From the IMG/VR virus record IMGVR_UViG_3300034157_000065, positions 1 to 64,000 of that record: 64,000 nt of DNA; one strand, written 5' to 3'. This DNA is from a virus. Taxonomy: Duplodnaviria; Caudoviricetes. The position numbers and the translations under genes were made by a program. Shown here piece after piece: positions 19,514 to 28,836 of the stretch. The notes under the pieces were generated by a model. That model had not been told where the DNA came from, ran no database searches, and was given only the letters and a program-made list of their open reading frames with translations. Numbering within the stretch: the stretch's first letter is position 1; every line of letters begins with the position of its first letter.

Positions 19514-19726
19514 ATGATGATCGAACAAAATTTGGTTGGCGTTCCTTTCAAAGATGTTGATTCATTTTTGGCAATGCGAGCACTGATTAGTGGTATTTAC
19601 GACTCAATGAATCGTGAAAATCAGCCTAATCCTAATCATAACCATGTTGGCAACTTGCTTGATGCTTCCTTGGCAGAATTTGTAAACGGGCCTAAAACCA
19701 ACTCTTTCTTTGGTAAACCATTATGA
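19514..19726 (+). CDS. Small hypothetical protein
   Basis: AGGAG RBS. Confidence 0.65.
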   Translation: MMIEQNLVGVPFKDVDSFLAMRALISGIYDSMNRENQPNPNHNHVGNLLDASLAEFVNGPKTNSFFGKPL

Positions 19727-19908
19727 GTAGCAAATACGCACAAAAAGCTAGCAAAATGAGCCACACTGACCGCCGTAAGGCTAAGTTTAAACCTAAATAT
19801 TCATATTGCTCAAACTGTGGTCGCCCATCAGGCATTTCTGACGAACACTTGACTTATTCAAAGTGTGGTTGTGGTGGCACTTATCAATCATTTCGTCCTA
19901 ATCCGTAA
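19723..19908 (+). CDS. Small zinc-ribbon protein
   Basis: CSNCG...CGCGG; ATGA overlap with the upstream gene. Confidence 0.7.
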   Translation: MSSKYAQKASKMSHTDRRKAKFKPKYSYCSNCGRPSGISDEHLTYSKCGCGGTYQSFRPNP

Positions 19909-20014
19909 TTTAATCCATTTTGAATCATTGATGGTACAAAAAAAATTGATTTAAAAGTCCTAATGTGTTATCTTAATGCCACTTCTTGTGGCATTTTTTT
20001 TTGGAGAATATTTA

Positions 20015-20764
20015 ATGCGAGTTCGAATTGATTTAAAAACAGTCAAGCTTATTAAAACATTCAACCCGCATGTTGACGTGAACGCTTTATATTTGCCAGT
20101 AGAAAATGTTTTTGAAGAAAGAGATGCTTCTGTTCGAACTAAACAATTGACTCGTAAATTAAGCATTCAAGAAGAATATGACTTCATCTATTGTTATGCT
20201 AAAGAAAGCTTCACAAATTTTAAAATTGTCAGTGACAAAACAACTTATTACGTTATTGTTGATGGTGTTGTGCTGAGTGTTCCCCATGACATTGAAGTGG
20301 ACTATGGTTTCAGTCTGCATAAAATGTTAGTAAACGATTATGAAAATCAAACAAAGCATGTAGATAACATGTTAAAAGCAGCTTACATTAACCTTTATAT
20401 GTCAAAAGAACACAATGTTTCTAAGCATGTTTTCAAAAGTCTATTTATTGATTTTTTTACATCTAAAGTTTTTAATGAGCGTAAAATTTTGGCAGGTGGT
20501 TCTTTGAACCGTAATTTTGTTTGTGAATTGACATATCTAGGTCACCGATTTTCATTCTCTACCTTTGCAGCTTCATCAGGTGTTTTGGTTGAGTTTAACT
20601 TTCCAGAATTTAAATTTAGAAAGTGTTACCCCATCAGCTCTTATAATATAGATAAATTCATTCTTGATTTTGTGAATGAACCCGAGTATAATTGTAAATC
20701 TACGAAGGAAGCTACTCAGCACCTTAATGATTATATCTTAATCCGTAAAATGGCGAACATTTAG
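20015..20764 (+). CDS. Hypothetical protein (M-x-x-I tag)
   Basis: GGAG RBS; ends DYILIRKMANI. Confidence 0.75.
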   Translation: MRVRIDLKTVKLIKTFNPHVDVNALYLPVENVFEERDASVRTKQLTRKLSIQEEYDFIYCYAKESFTNFKIVSDKTTYYVIVDGVVLSVPHDIEVDYGFSLHKMLVNDYENQTKHVDNMLKAAYINLYMSKEHNVSKHVFKSLFIDFFTSKVFNERKILAGGSLNRNFVCELTYLGHRFSFSTFAASSGVLVEFNFPEFKFRKCYPISSYNIDKFILDFVNEPEYNCKSTKEATQHLNDYILIRKMANI

Positions 20765-20772
20765 GAGATGCT

Positions 20773-21144
20773 ATGATTGACGCAAACAAAGCAAAAAATC
20801 TACTTGAAGAACATGACGCATATTTTCGCTCAAAACATTGGTTTCCAGAAACTTATGTGAAAACTGATGGTTTCCATTTTAATCTCCGTCATCAACTGGA
20901 TGGGTGCAGTATTGTTGACTCTTATCAAGCCCTTCAATTCCTTTATGAAACGCTTCGTGAAGAAGATGAAGAAGACGAACCTGTTAAACCACGTCTTTCT
21001 GACGAAGAAGTGCTTTTGAAGCATGGTTATGAAATGATTTGTGAAAGCCCTTTGGAAATCAGTTCATTGGATGACCAGCATGTGTTTGTCACTGGTTCTG
21101 CTGCTGTAATTCTGTTGGCTTCTTTGCGTAGCATGACGAAATAA
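20773..21144 (+). CDS. Hypothetical protein
   Basis: AGGAG RBS; CESPLEI motif. Confidence 0.7.
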   Translation: MIDANKAKNLLEEHDAYFRSKHWFPETYVKTDGFHFNLRHQLDGCSIVDSYQALQFLYETLREEDEEDEPVKPRLSDEEVLLKHGYEMICESPLEISSLDDQHVFVTGSAAVILLASLRSMTK

Positions 21145-21208
21145 AGGCTGCTTGAGCCTTTATTTTCTGTTATAATAGACCTAACTTAAATCACTGGAGT
21201 TACTTTCA

Positions 21209-21658
21209 ATGACCACAAAACGTACCGCTTCCAAAATGAGCAAAGATGGCTACATCAATCCGTATACCAACTATGGTGATGATGGTAAACTCATTTCACT
21301 TGATTTTGAAAATAATGTTATTGAGCGAACTGAATATGACCATCCTTATTCGTTTTCTACTCGTTGCACTTGGGCAATTCTTGGTGAAAAGCGTAAAGAA
21401 ATTGAAAAACTTGACACACTGAGTGGTGTTTATAGTGATCGCTTGTTTCAAGCAGATGCATTAGCCTATAACATGGCTTGTCGTTCTGTATGGGGTAATG
21501 AAGGTCAGTATTTTGACTCACGCCGTCCAAAAGATGTTGAGAAAATGCTTCAACTCATTTACTCCAATTCAAAATTGAAGCTTTATCGAATTCTTAAAAC
21601 CTGTAATGTTGGAAATGGTTACCCTGTTTGGTATTTTCACTTCTATACCGAAGAATAA
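21209..21658 (+). CDS. Conserved-looking phage/plasmid hypothetical protein
   Basis: HPYSF, YSDRL, NGYPVWYF motifs; own promoter and terminator. Confidence 0.75.
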   Translation: MTTKRTASKMSKDGYINPYTNYGDDGKLISLDFENNVIERTEYDHPYSFSTRCTWAILGEKRKEIEKLDTLSGVYSDRLFQADALAYNMACRSVWGNEGQYFDSRRPKDVEKMLQLIYSNSKLKLYRILKTCNVGNGYPVWYFHFYTEE

Positions 21659-21757
21659 AAAAATAACTATCATTTTTAGTATTGAGGGCTTCGGCTCTCT
21701 TTTTTTTATTGTTTTTTTGTGATATAATAATGCAATATTAAACAAGAGCGAACTCAA

Positions 21758-22504
21758 ATGAAAGCTAAAACACCGATGAGCATCATGAAAGCAGAAATCG
21801 ACAAGCTGAAGGAATTTCCTTTGCTTTCCTTCTTTGGTCTTAATGGCCGTCCAAAAAATTTTATTGCTTTGGGCAGTGAAGACAACCGTGAAGTGATTGT
21901 GGTGAATCCAGTTACGTTTGATTACATGGCTGTTTATGGTATTCTTGGTGAAGTTTGTCACAATGAGAAAGGACATGTTCGTCACACTCGTAGTATGGCT
22001 TTGTGCTTTAACTACAAGACCGAAGAAACGGTTCGAGCTAGTGTAGTGCTCAGCAAAGAAGGACAGGTTGAATATTCGAAAGAATACACTGTTCCAGAGT
22101 TTAAGATTTTGTTGAAAGATTTTGTTGATCAAAACAAAGAGTGCCCTGATAGTTATACTCTTATGGAAAACTTCATTTCTACGTTTGGCATTGTGGTGAG
22201 TTCTACTTTTTCACGCTCTGAAATCAACCAGATTAAGATTGCTTATGTTAAGCAAGTGACTGGGCTTCGTGATGTCATCCGTAATGCAGAGAAGAAGAAA
22301 GTAACGATTAATCAAAGTATTCGTGATGCTAAAACAGAAGAAGAAAAAGCGATTTATATTAAGCGTCTTAACGAGTTGAAAGAAATGGTCAAAACCGCTA
22401 ATGCTGACATGGTTAGAATTGTAAAACATGATTTTAAAAATATGCCTGCAGACGCCCGTAAATATTTCTTTGAAGCTCTAAAAAAAGAAATGATTTGTTA
22501 CTAG
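21758..22504 (+). CDS. Hypothetical protein with C-terminal coiled coil (M-x-x-Y ending)
   Basis: Ends FEALKKEMICY. Confidence 0.75.
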   Translation: MKAKTPMSIMKAEIDKLKEFPLLSFFGLNGRPKNFIALGSEDNREVIVVNPVTFDYMAVYGILGEVCHNEKGHVRHTRSMALCFNYKTEETVRASVVLSKEGQVEYSKEYTVPEFKILLKDFVDQNKECPDSYTLMENFISTFGIVVSSTFSRSEINQIKIAYVKQVTGLRDVIRNAEKKKVTINQSIRDAKTEEEKAIYIKRLNELKEMVKTANADMVRIVKHDFKNMPADARKYFFEALKKEMICY

Positions 22505-22565
22505 TGTTTATTACCATCATAAAAAAAGATGGCATGAGCCATCTTTTTTGTTATTAACGTAACTC

Positions 22566-23273
22566 TTACAATTGTACTTTGCAGAAGGATACAACCGCAT
22601 GGACACCATCATCTTCTGTTGATTCTTCTAATGGGTCACCATATAATGTATAACGGAAACCATTTATGTCTAGATAATCAGGAACCTCATCATGAGAATG
22701 TCTCGATTCAGCCACTTTTTCCCCATTTTCAAACAATGTATAATCAATGTATTCACTGCTGTAAATATAGCTCACATAATTTTTATTTAATTCACCATAA
22801 CAGCCTTCAACTAATGGAGGCAATACTACCACTGGCGGCTCTGTTGACACTATTTTTGTTTTACAGAAAGAAACATCTACATGCACACCATCCTCTTCTT
22901 CTGAGAACCTTAATGCATCCCCATACAATGTATAACGGAACCCATTTAGGTCTAGATAATCAAGAACCTCATCATGAGAATGTCTAGATTGAGCCACTTT
23001 TTTCCCATTTTCAAACAATGTATAATCAATGTATTCACTGTTATAAACATAGGTAACATAATTTTTGTCTAACTCCCCATAACACCCTTCAGCTAATTCT
23101 TCACTTGCGGGCAGTTGTGGTGTCTGAGTTGGTTTGTTTCGGAAGTTGATTGATCCATTAGATAATGAACCACCTTTATTAGCCTCTAATCCTATTATCA
23201 TCTTGAAACTTGCTTGTGATGTTGTCATTCCCATCACGATTATAAATATTGACAATATTATTTTAATTTTCAT
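22566..23273 (-). CDS. Secreted protein with two tandem disulfide-closed ~80-aa domains
   Basis: Signal peptide ending SQA; two copies of EGCYGEL..NYV...NGFRYTLYG...SFCK separated by a Pro-rich linker. Confidence 0.8.
   Translation of the reverse strand: MKIKIILSIFIIVMGMTTSQASFKMIIGLEANKGGSLSNGSINFRNKPTQTPQLPASEELAEGCYGELDKNYVTYVYNSEYIDYTLFENGKKVAQSRHSHDEVLDYLDLNGFRYTLYGDALRFSEEEDGVHVDVSFCKTKIVSTEPPVVVLPPLVEGCYGELNKNYVSYIYSSEYIDYTLFENGEKVAESRHSHDEVPDYLDINGFRYTLYGDPLEESTEDDGVHAVVSFCKVQL
22575..23095 (-). repeat. Intragenic tandem duplication (two ~235-bp copies about 285 bp apart)
   Basis: e.g. CCCATTTTCAAACAATGTATAATCAATGTATTCACTG occurs twice. Confidence 0.9.
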
Positions 23274-23393
23274 AAAACCTCTAAGTGTTTTTATCACATT
23301 ATCATACTATTAATATAAATCTAGTGGTTTTTATTTTTATTTTATGTTATGATAACCTCATACAATCAACATTTATATACAAGAGAATTTAAA

Positions 23394-23789
23394 ATGAATA
23401 ACATGGAACTCGTAAAAAAATCTATGGAAGCAAAGGAAGCAGCATACGTACCTTACTCCAAATTTCCAGTCGGTGTAGCATTGCTCACTACTAAAGGCGT
23501 ATTCTTGGGTGCCAACATTGAAAATGCTTCATATTCGATGACTTGCTGTGCAGAACGAACTGCTTTTTGCGTAGCTCATATGCAAGGGTGCCGTAAGGGT
23601 GATTACATCAGTATTGCTATCAATGGTGACACCAACCAACCGCTACCACCTTGTGGTGCTTGTCGTCAAATTATGAGTGAGTTCTTGCTCCCTGATGCCG
23701 ATGTTATTTTGTCCAACAAGGATGGGGACTTTAAAGTTTACAAGTTTTCTGATATAATGCCACTTACATTCACTGATTTGAACGGATAG
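23394..23789 (+). CDS. cdd: Cytidine deaminase (homotetrameric type)
   Basis: PYSKFPVG, GANIENASY, CAER, PPCGACRQ. Confidence 0.93.
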   Translation: MNNMELVKKSMEAKEAAYVPYSKFPVGVALLTTKGVFLGANIENASYSMTCCAERTAFCVAHMQGCRKGDYISIAINGDTNQPLPPCGACRQIMSEFLLPDADVILSNKDGDFKVYKFSDIMPLTFTDLNG

Positions 23790-23799
23790 GAGTTTTAAC

Positions 23800-24120
23800 A
23801 TGTCTAAGACGATTAAAAACCAACGCGACTGGAAATATCACCACCTTTTCAAACAGGCGGCGGCTAATTTCAAGGTGTATCGTGCAGATCCTGTTTTAAG
23901 CACGGATGCCATTCGATTGTATCAAGAAGATTTTAATAAAATGTTGGCAGAAGAACACTTTACAAAAGAAGATGTCTGCAAGGTTGCCATCAGAGAAGGA
24001 TATCGTCGTTATTCAAAAGCTAAACTGAAAGTACGTAATCGTCGTATTGAAAAACGTTCAGCACGTCAAAAAGCTTTGGTTGAAATTCGTAATATGGACT
24101 TTGATGGTATTGATGATTAA
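23800..24120 (+). CDS. Basic hypothetical protein
   Basis: AGGAG RBS; Arg/Lys-rich C-terminus. Confidence 0.7.
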   Translation: MSKTIKNQRDWKYHHLFKQAAANFKVYRADPVLSTDAIRLYQEDFNKMLAEEHFTKEDVCKVAIREGYRRYSKAKLKVRNRRIEKRSARQKALVEIRNMDFDGIDD

Positions 24121-24165
24121 TACCTTTTTGTTAGTATATTCTGTTTTGTTATAACAAAAAATATA

Positions 24166-24194
24166 TTGCCATATAGCCACTACTTTGCTATACT
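24166..24194 (+). promoter_or_regulatory. sigma70 promoter of the HD hydrolase gene
   Basis: TTGCCA-17 nt-TATACT with extended TG. Confidence 0.8.
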
Positions 24195-24228
24195 AAACCC
24201 ACATTAAACAGGAATAGAGGATACAATT

Positions 24229-24750
24229 ATGAGCAGCCAAACTAAAAAACACCAGCAACAGCAACTTGCAAAAGCAATCCAGATTGCGGCGACGGCTCAT
24301 GTTGGTCATTTTGACAAAGGCGATAATGCCTATATCCTTCACCCACTTAGTGTTATGAATGGTCTTGAAAGTAAAGATCCAGAAGTGATGCAGATTGCTG
24401 TGCTTCATGACGTGATTGAAGATTGTCCAGAGTGGACTATTGAACGTCTTCGTGGTGAGGGCTTCTCGGAACGTGTTCTGATTGGTTTGTCGTATATGAG
24501 TAAGACCGAAGATGACTTGAAAGCTGGCGATGAAGGCTACTACAACTATATTCGTCGCATGTTTGAAAACATTGATGCCGTCTTGGTTAAGATGTCTGAC
24601 ATTCGTGATAACAGTCAAGTGACTCGTTTGAAAGGTCTTCGTGAAAAAGATCAGAAGCGTATGGTTAAATATGCTCGTGCTTACACCATGTTGGAAGAAC
24701 ATCTTGAAGCGTTTCGTGCAGCTTGTCTGACAGGTGCTCATAAAGTTTAA
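24229..24750 (+). CDS. HD-domain hydrolase, Mesh1/SpoT-like small alarmone hydrolase family
   Basis: AH..H.DK...YILHP, AVLHDVIED, VKMSDIRDN. Confidence 0.85.
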   Translation: MSSQTKKHQQQQLAKAIQIAATAHVGHFDKGDNAYILHPLSVMNGLESKDPEVMQIAVLHDVIEDCPEWTIERLRGEGFSERVLIGLSYMSKTEDDLKAGDEGYYNYIRRMFENIDAVLVKMSDIRDNSQVTRLKGLREKDQKRMVKYARAYTMLEEHLEAFRAACLTGAHKV

Positions 24751-24850
24751 ATATTGTTTCATTTATCAAGCGGCCTTCGGGTCGCTTTTTTATTTTCCGT
24801 CTTTTATTTTTATTATTTAATGATATATTACAGTTTTCGAGGACGTTACT

Positions 24851-25594
24851 ATGAAAAAGCTTCACAGTTGTACAATGTATAACCCATTTGGAGATCCGCC
24901 AGAATATTTTCTTGAAGGCTGTTCCGCTATACCTGTTATTAGAACGCCAAGGATAGTTGCAAAACAGCAAGAAAGTATTGATGATCGTAGAAAAGAATTA
25001 GGCTATTTTAAATTAAGTTCTTGTACTCAAGAAGAGTTCAATTCTTTTTTGTTTTCTTCTGAACTTTTATATGTTGATATTTATGATAAGGATCTTATTT
25101 TAAATTTTATTGATATTGCTATCAATCAATTGGGTTATGTAGATTTATATGTTGATCTTATATTTGCTCAAGAAGAAGATGGATCTTATTTATTAGTTCG
25201 TAAAAAATTTTATAATGCCGATTATAAACCTTATATATTTAAAGATAATAGGTCATCATCCTATTCAGTAAGTGGACGCACTACATTATTTGAAGAAAGT
25301 TTTTTAATTGTTGATGGCAAAATTGAACAGTCTGATTTTTATAGAACAGTTTATCGTTTTAAAGAAAGATTATATACAGATATTCTTGTTAATTGTTCTG
25401 TTAGTGATAAAGTTTTACCCTTACTTATTTCCTATGATGAGTTTGGTATTGTTTATGTGGAATATTATTACAACAACAAACGTGTTTCCAATGAGATATT
25501 AAACTCAGTTAAACCTCATTTTGATGTAAAACAAACAAAATTTGATTACTTTACTGATGATGAAAATGAATCTATACGCATGTTTTTAATTTAA
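24851..25594 (+). CDS. Family C member (M-x-x-I tag)
   Basis: FNSFLFSSE, LVRKKF, EYYYNNK, VKP, DYF shared with the 37.6-42.9 kb genes; ends DENESIRMFLI. Confidence 0.75.
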   Translation: MKKLHSCTMYNPFGDPPEYFLEGCSAIPVIRTPRIVAKQQESIDDRRKELGYFKLSSCTQEEFNSFLFSSELLYVDIYDKDLILNFIDIAINQLGYVDLYVDLIFAQEEDGSYLLVRKKFYNADYKPYIFKDNRSSSYSVSGRTTLFEESFLIVDGKIEQSDFYRTVYRFKERLYTDILVNCSVSDKVLPLLISYDEFGIVYVEYYYNNKRVSNEILNSVKPHFDVKQTKFDYFTDDENESIRMFLI

Positions 25595-25692
25595 TGTAAC
25601 CTGTTTACGTTACTTTTCAAAAAGTAACCTAATTAGACTACTTTAGTGAAAGTAGCCCGTACAGGCTACTTTTTATATTGTTGACTTTTAAA

Positions 25693-26247
25693 TTAAGAAA
25701 TATTGTTTCTATTTTTTCTTGGTTCTACTACTGGCAATGCTAATACGTCTTTATTAATGCTTGATTTATATGCCATATCAGAAGCTTTGTTTACAAGTGC
25801 TGCAATACCTTTGTAAGCAGCATAACCAATCGCTACTGGTATACCTATCAATGGCATATCTGTCATTAAACTACCTTTTGTTGCTGTATCGGCTAATTGA
25901 TCTAATCTTGATCCTTTTACACCTAAATTTTCTTGTTTGAAACGTCCAGCAGTTGGGCTGTCGGGCAATCCACTTTTTTTACTGATGAGTTGAACTATCT
26001 CGTTCATTCTATCGGTTTGTTTTGTCGCTATTGAATCTTTCAACATCTCTATTTGTGTAGAGGATATTGCAATGCCCATTGATTCTATTTTTTCTTGTGC
26101 TCTTTTAGCAAACAACATTCCATTAAGCCCAACCATGTTTCCACGTTCAGCTTCTTCTTTTTGTAGAACCTTGGCATACTTCTCAATAACTTTTAACAGT
26201 TTATCTTCTACTTCATCAGCCGTTTTTACTTTAAATAGTGAATTCAT
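25693..26247 (-). CDS. Hypothetical protein with a hydrophobic helix and basic C-terminal tail
   Basis: PLIGIPVAIGYAAYKGIAAL; ends PRKNRNNIS. Confidence 0.7.
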   Translation of the reverse strand: MNSLFKVKTADEVEDKLLKVIEKYAKVLQKEEAERGNMVGLNGMLFAKRAQEKIESMGIAISSTQIEMLKDSIATKQTDRMNEIVQLISKKSGLPDSPTAGRFKQENLGVKGSRLDQLADTATKGSLMTDMPLIGIPVAIGYAAYKGIAALVNKASDMAYKSSINKDVLALPVVEPRKNRNNIS

Positions 26248-26386
26248 ATATATTCTCGTTATTCTTTTATTATAATATAGCATGAAAAATGTTACAAATA
26301 TATGCACAACAGCATAAAAAAAATAAGAAATGACATTATTAACCTGTTATGGTATAATAAATCTATTAAAAATCAGGAGTATCCTA

Positions 26387-26974
26387 ATGGAAATTGCATA
26401 CGTCAAAGCCGGAGTTCTTTTTGGTCTTATGGTTGTCTTGCCAATCCTGTTCATCATGAAGCATGAAGGTGTCTTCAAATCAAAAAATACAGTAAAAAAA
26501 GTAGCAGTTAAGAAAATTAGTAAAGAGGGCGATTGCATTGATTTTTTCGATGAGCTGCTTGCTTACATGTCTGCAGTCGTTGGTTCTCAATTGGATTATG
26601 CTTCTAGAACATCTGTTCGTGGTCTTGTTTTTAAAAATCTTACCCATAAGAAACCATTTAATGGCAAGCAACTGGAATGTGAAAGTATTCAAATACGCTT
26701 CATGTTGAAAATTTATCCAAAAGGTATTCGTCGCATTGTTGCCCATGCAGAAGCAAGTTATGGGAGTCCCAGTTGGGATGGTAAGGAAATGCATTATAAC
26801 TATCCTATTGTCTACCATTCGTTTGAATGTGACGTTAATGCATTCCAGTCGATGTGGGATGAGATTACAGCAAAGTTCTATGTGATTGATGTTAGTGTTG
26901 AAGAAACCAGTGAACGTGTACGAGAAGGTGTGATGTCTTATTGGACTGAGAAAAAGTATGGTCATCTACTTTGA
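26387..26974 (+). CDS. Membrane-anchored hypothetical protein
   Basis: AGGAG RBS; N-terminal TM. Confidence 0.75.
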   Translation: MEIAYVKAGVLFGLMVVLPILFIMKHEGVFKSKNTVKKVAVKKISKEGDCIDFFDELLAYMSAVVGSQLDYASRTSVRGLVFKNLTHKKPFNGKQLECESIQIRFMLKIYPKGIRRIVAHAEASYGSPSWDGKEMHYNYPIVYHSFECDVNAFQSMWDEITAKFYVIDVSVEETSERVREGVMSYWTEKKYGHLL

Positions 26975-27023
26975 TTAAACGTAAACAATAAAAAAGTGGC
27001 TTAGGCCACTTTTTTTGATCTTA

Positions 27024-27242
27024 TTATTCTTTAGTATAGCCTTCTGACAGCTTGTTTGGCATCACTACAATGCAGAACAGGTATTGTAAAGATAAGGCTA
27101 TAAAATGAATAATATCCATTTTACCTGATGCAATATCATCTACCAACACTTTATAAAAAATAGGCGTTGATAATACAAAACAAAATAAAAAAGCCAGTGT
27201 GAATACTTTATTTTTAAATGCGTTTCTGATTGATGTTAGCAT
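27024..27242 (-). CDS. Small 2-TM protein (tandem paralogue)
   Basis: SI.NAFK.K.F and SLQYLFC shared with the neighbouring gene. Confidence 0.8.
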   Translation of the reverse strand: MLTSIRNAFKNKVFTLAFLFCFVLSTPIFYKVLVDDIASGKMDIIHFIALSLQYLFCIVVMPNKLSEGYTKE

Positions 27243-27252
27243 TCGCTATCTC

Positions 27253-27465
27253 CTATGAGCTTCTTTGGTTGCTGAAAAACCTAGGCAGTGATGAAACACA
27301 AAACAAATATTGTAATGACATGACGGTACCATGCATTAGAGTCATTTTGCCCGCTTCGAAATCTTCGAACCCTATTTTAATGAATAACGGCGTTGCCAAT
27401 AAAAAACAAATGGCAAAATATATTCTAAATGACTTGTCTTTGAAGGCATTCTTGATGGATTGCAT
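27253..27465 (-). CDS. Small 2-TM protein (tandem paralogue)
   Basis: As above; GAGG RBS. Confidence 0.8.
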   Translation of the reverse strand: MQSIKNAFKDKSFRIYFAICFLLATPLFIKIGFEDFEAGKMTLMHGTVMSLQYLFCVSSLPRFFSNQRSS

Positions 27466-27581
27466 TATGACTAACCTCTTTCAATTATCTCTTCATTTTA
27501 CCTATTCAGATAGATTTTGTCAATTTGATTTAATCCTTTAAATCCTGTATAATAATTAAATAATCAATAGGAGTTTTCATC

Positions 27582-27914
27582 ATGAGTTTACTACAAGCCT
27601 TTGTCATTTGTTTCATTGCTTACCTGCTCTATAAACTAATGAAGCCAAGTGGTGTTCCGAAATCAACGATTGATAAATTACAAAAAGACATTTCGATTGC
27701 GTTTTCAAACATAGCCAAAAAACATGCTATAAAAAATAAAATAACAGTTGTTTCATGTCATGACGATTTACGTTCTGGAGATCCAGCTCTTATTGATGCC
27801 GCTATCAAAAAAATTGAAGCTATTTTTGACAAAGATATTGCTGAGGCTAATGAAATATTAGCTAAATATAGTGATAAATCTGAATCTGATATTTCTAATT
27901 CGACAAATCAATAA
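27582..27914 (+). CDS. Membrane-anchored hypothetical protein
   Basis: AGGAG RBS; N-terminal TM. Confidence 0.7.
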   Translation: MSLLQAFVICFIAYLLYKLMKPSGVPKSTIDKLQKDISIAFSNIAKKHAIKNKITVVSCHDDLRSGDPALIDAAIKKIEAIFDKDIAEANEILAKYSDKSESDISNSTNQ

Positions 27915-27932
27915 TTAAAGGATTGAAACCGT

Positions 27933-28706
27933 ATGATTAGTAAAGGCTTTAAAGATAGAATTAAGGAATTACTCTATCTTTATTACAATATTCAGTGTGA
28001 TAAGATTATTACTTCTTCTGATGATTGTTATTATATTAACGCCAGAGATACATTAGGGCAGCCACTTTATTTGACGCTGGAACTTTATGGTAATGAATTT
28101 GACCATTCAAATCCATCACTTTTTAATGTGTATATTGATGCTTATGACATCATTAATCGAAAACTGTTCAGGATTGATAAAATTCAAACGGCTATTAATA
28201 AGGCTTTGGATTTTTTGAAAGTTGTGAAATCAACGAGAATGCCCTCTTTTAAATTAGATAGCAATACCGTAAACTATGTCCTTCTTTCTGGCGGTTGCTC
28301 GATGGGGCGTAGTTATTTGAATATTACCTACACAATTCCCTACTCGAAAGAAAATGGATTTATTTTGTTCGAAACTACAAACTCTAACAAAATCGAAATT
28401 GCTGAAATTGGGATACAAAACTTTGATTGCCAGTTTAAAATATTTGATAGAGCAAAATCTATTGTTTCCAATTGTTATTTGACAGATTTTTCATTTAACC
28501 TAAAAAATGATGAACAATCGGCATTAGATGACTACATCTTAAAAATTATTGTTTCTTATGACTTATCCATTCACCTTAACCGTGACAATTTTAGCGATCT
28601 GGATATCGCTAACTTTTTCAAAAGTTTGAAATATGATCTTATTACATACGATAATATTGAATATGTAAGAGATTTTTATACAGTTATCAATATGATTGAA
28701 ATTTGA
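27933..28706 (+). CDS. Hypothetical protein (M-x-x-I tag)
   Basis: Ends DFYTVINMIEI. Confidence 0.75.
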   Translation: MISKGFKDRIKELLYLYYNIQCDKIITSSDDCYYINARDTLGQPLYLTLELYGNEFDHSNPSLFNVYIDAYDIINRKLFRIDKIQTAINKALDFLKVVKSTRMPSFKLDSNTVNYVLLSGGCSMGRSYLNITYTIPYSKENGFILFETTNSNKIEIAEIGIQNFDCQFKIFDRAKSIVSNCYLTDFSFNLKNDEQSALDDYILKIIVSYDLSIHLNRDNFSDLDIANFFKSLKYDLITYDNIEYVRDFYTVINMIEI

Positions 28707-28836
28707 AGATAAACTTATTAAAACTTTTCTATTATGGTTGATTTTTGAATTATTAAAAAAAGGCACTTAGGTGTCTTTTTTCTTTTAAAACTATTTAATT
28801 ATGCTATAATTATATTATTAACAAAAAAAAGTATTC

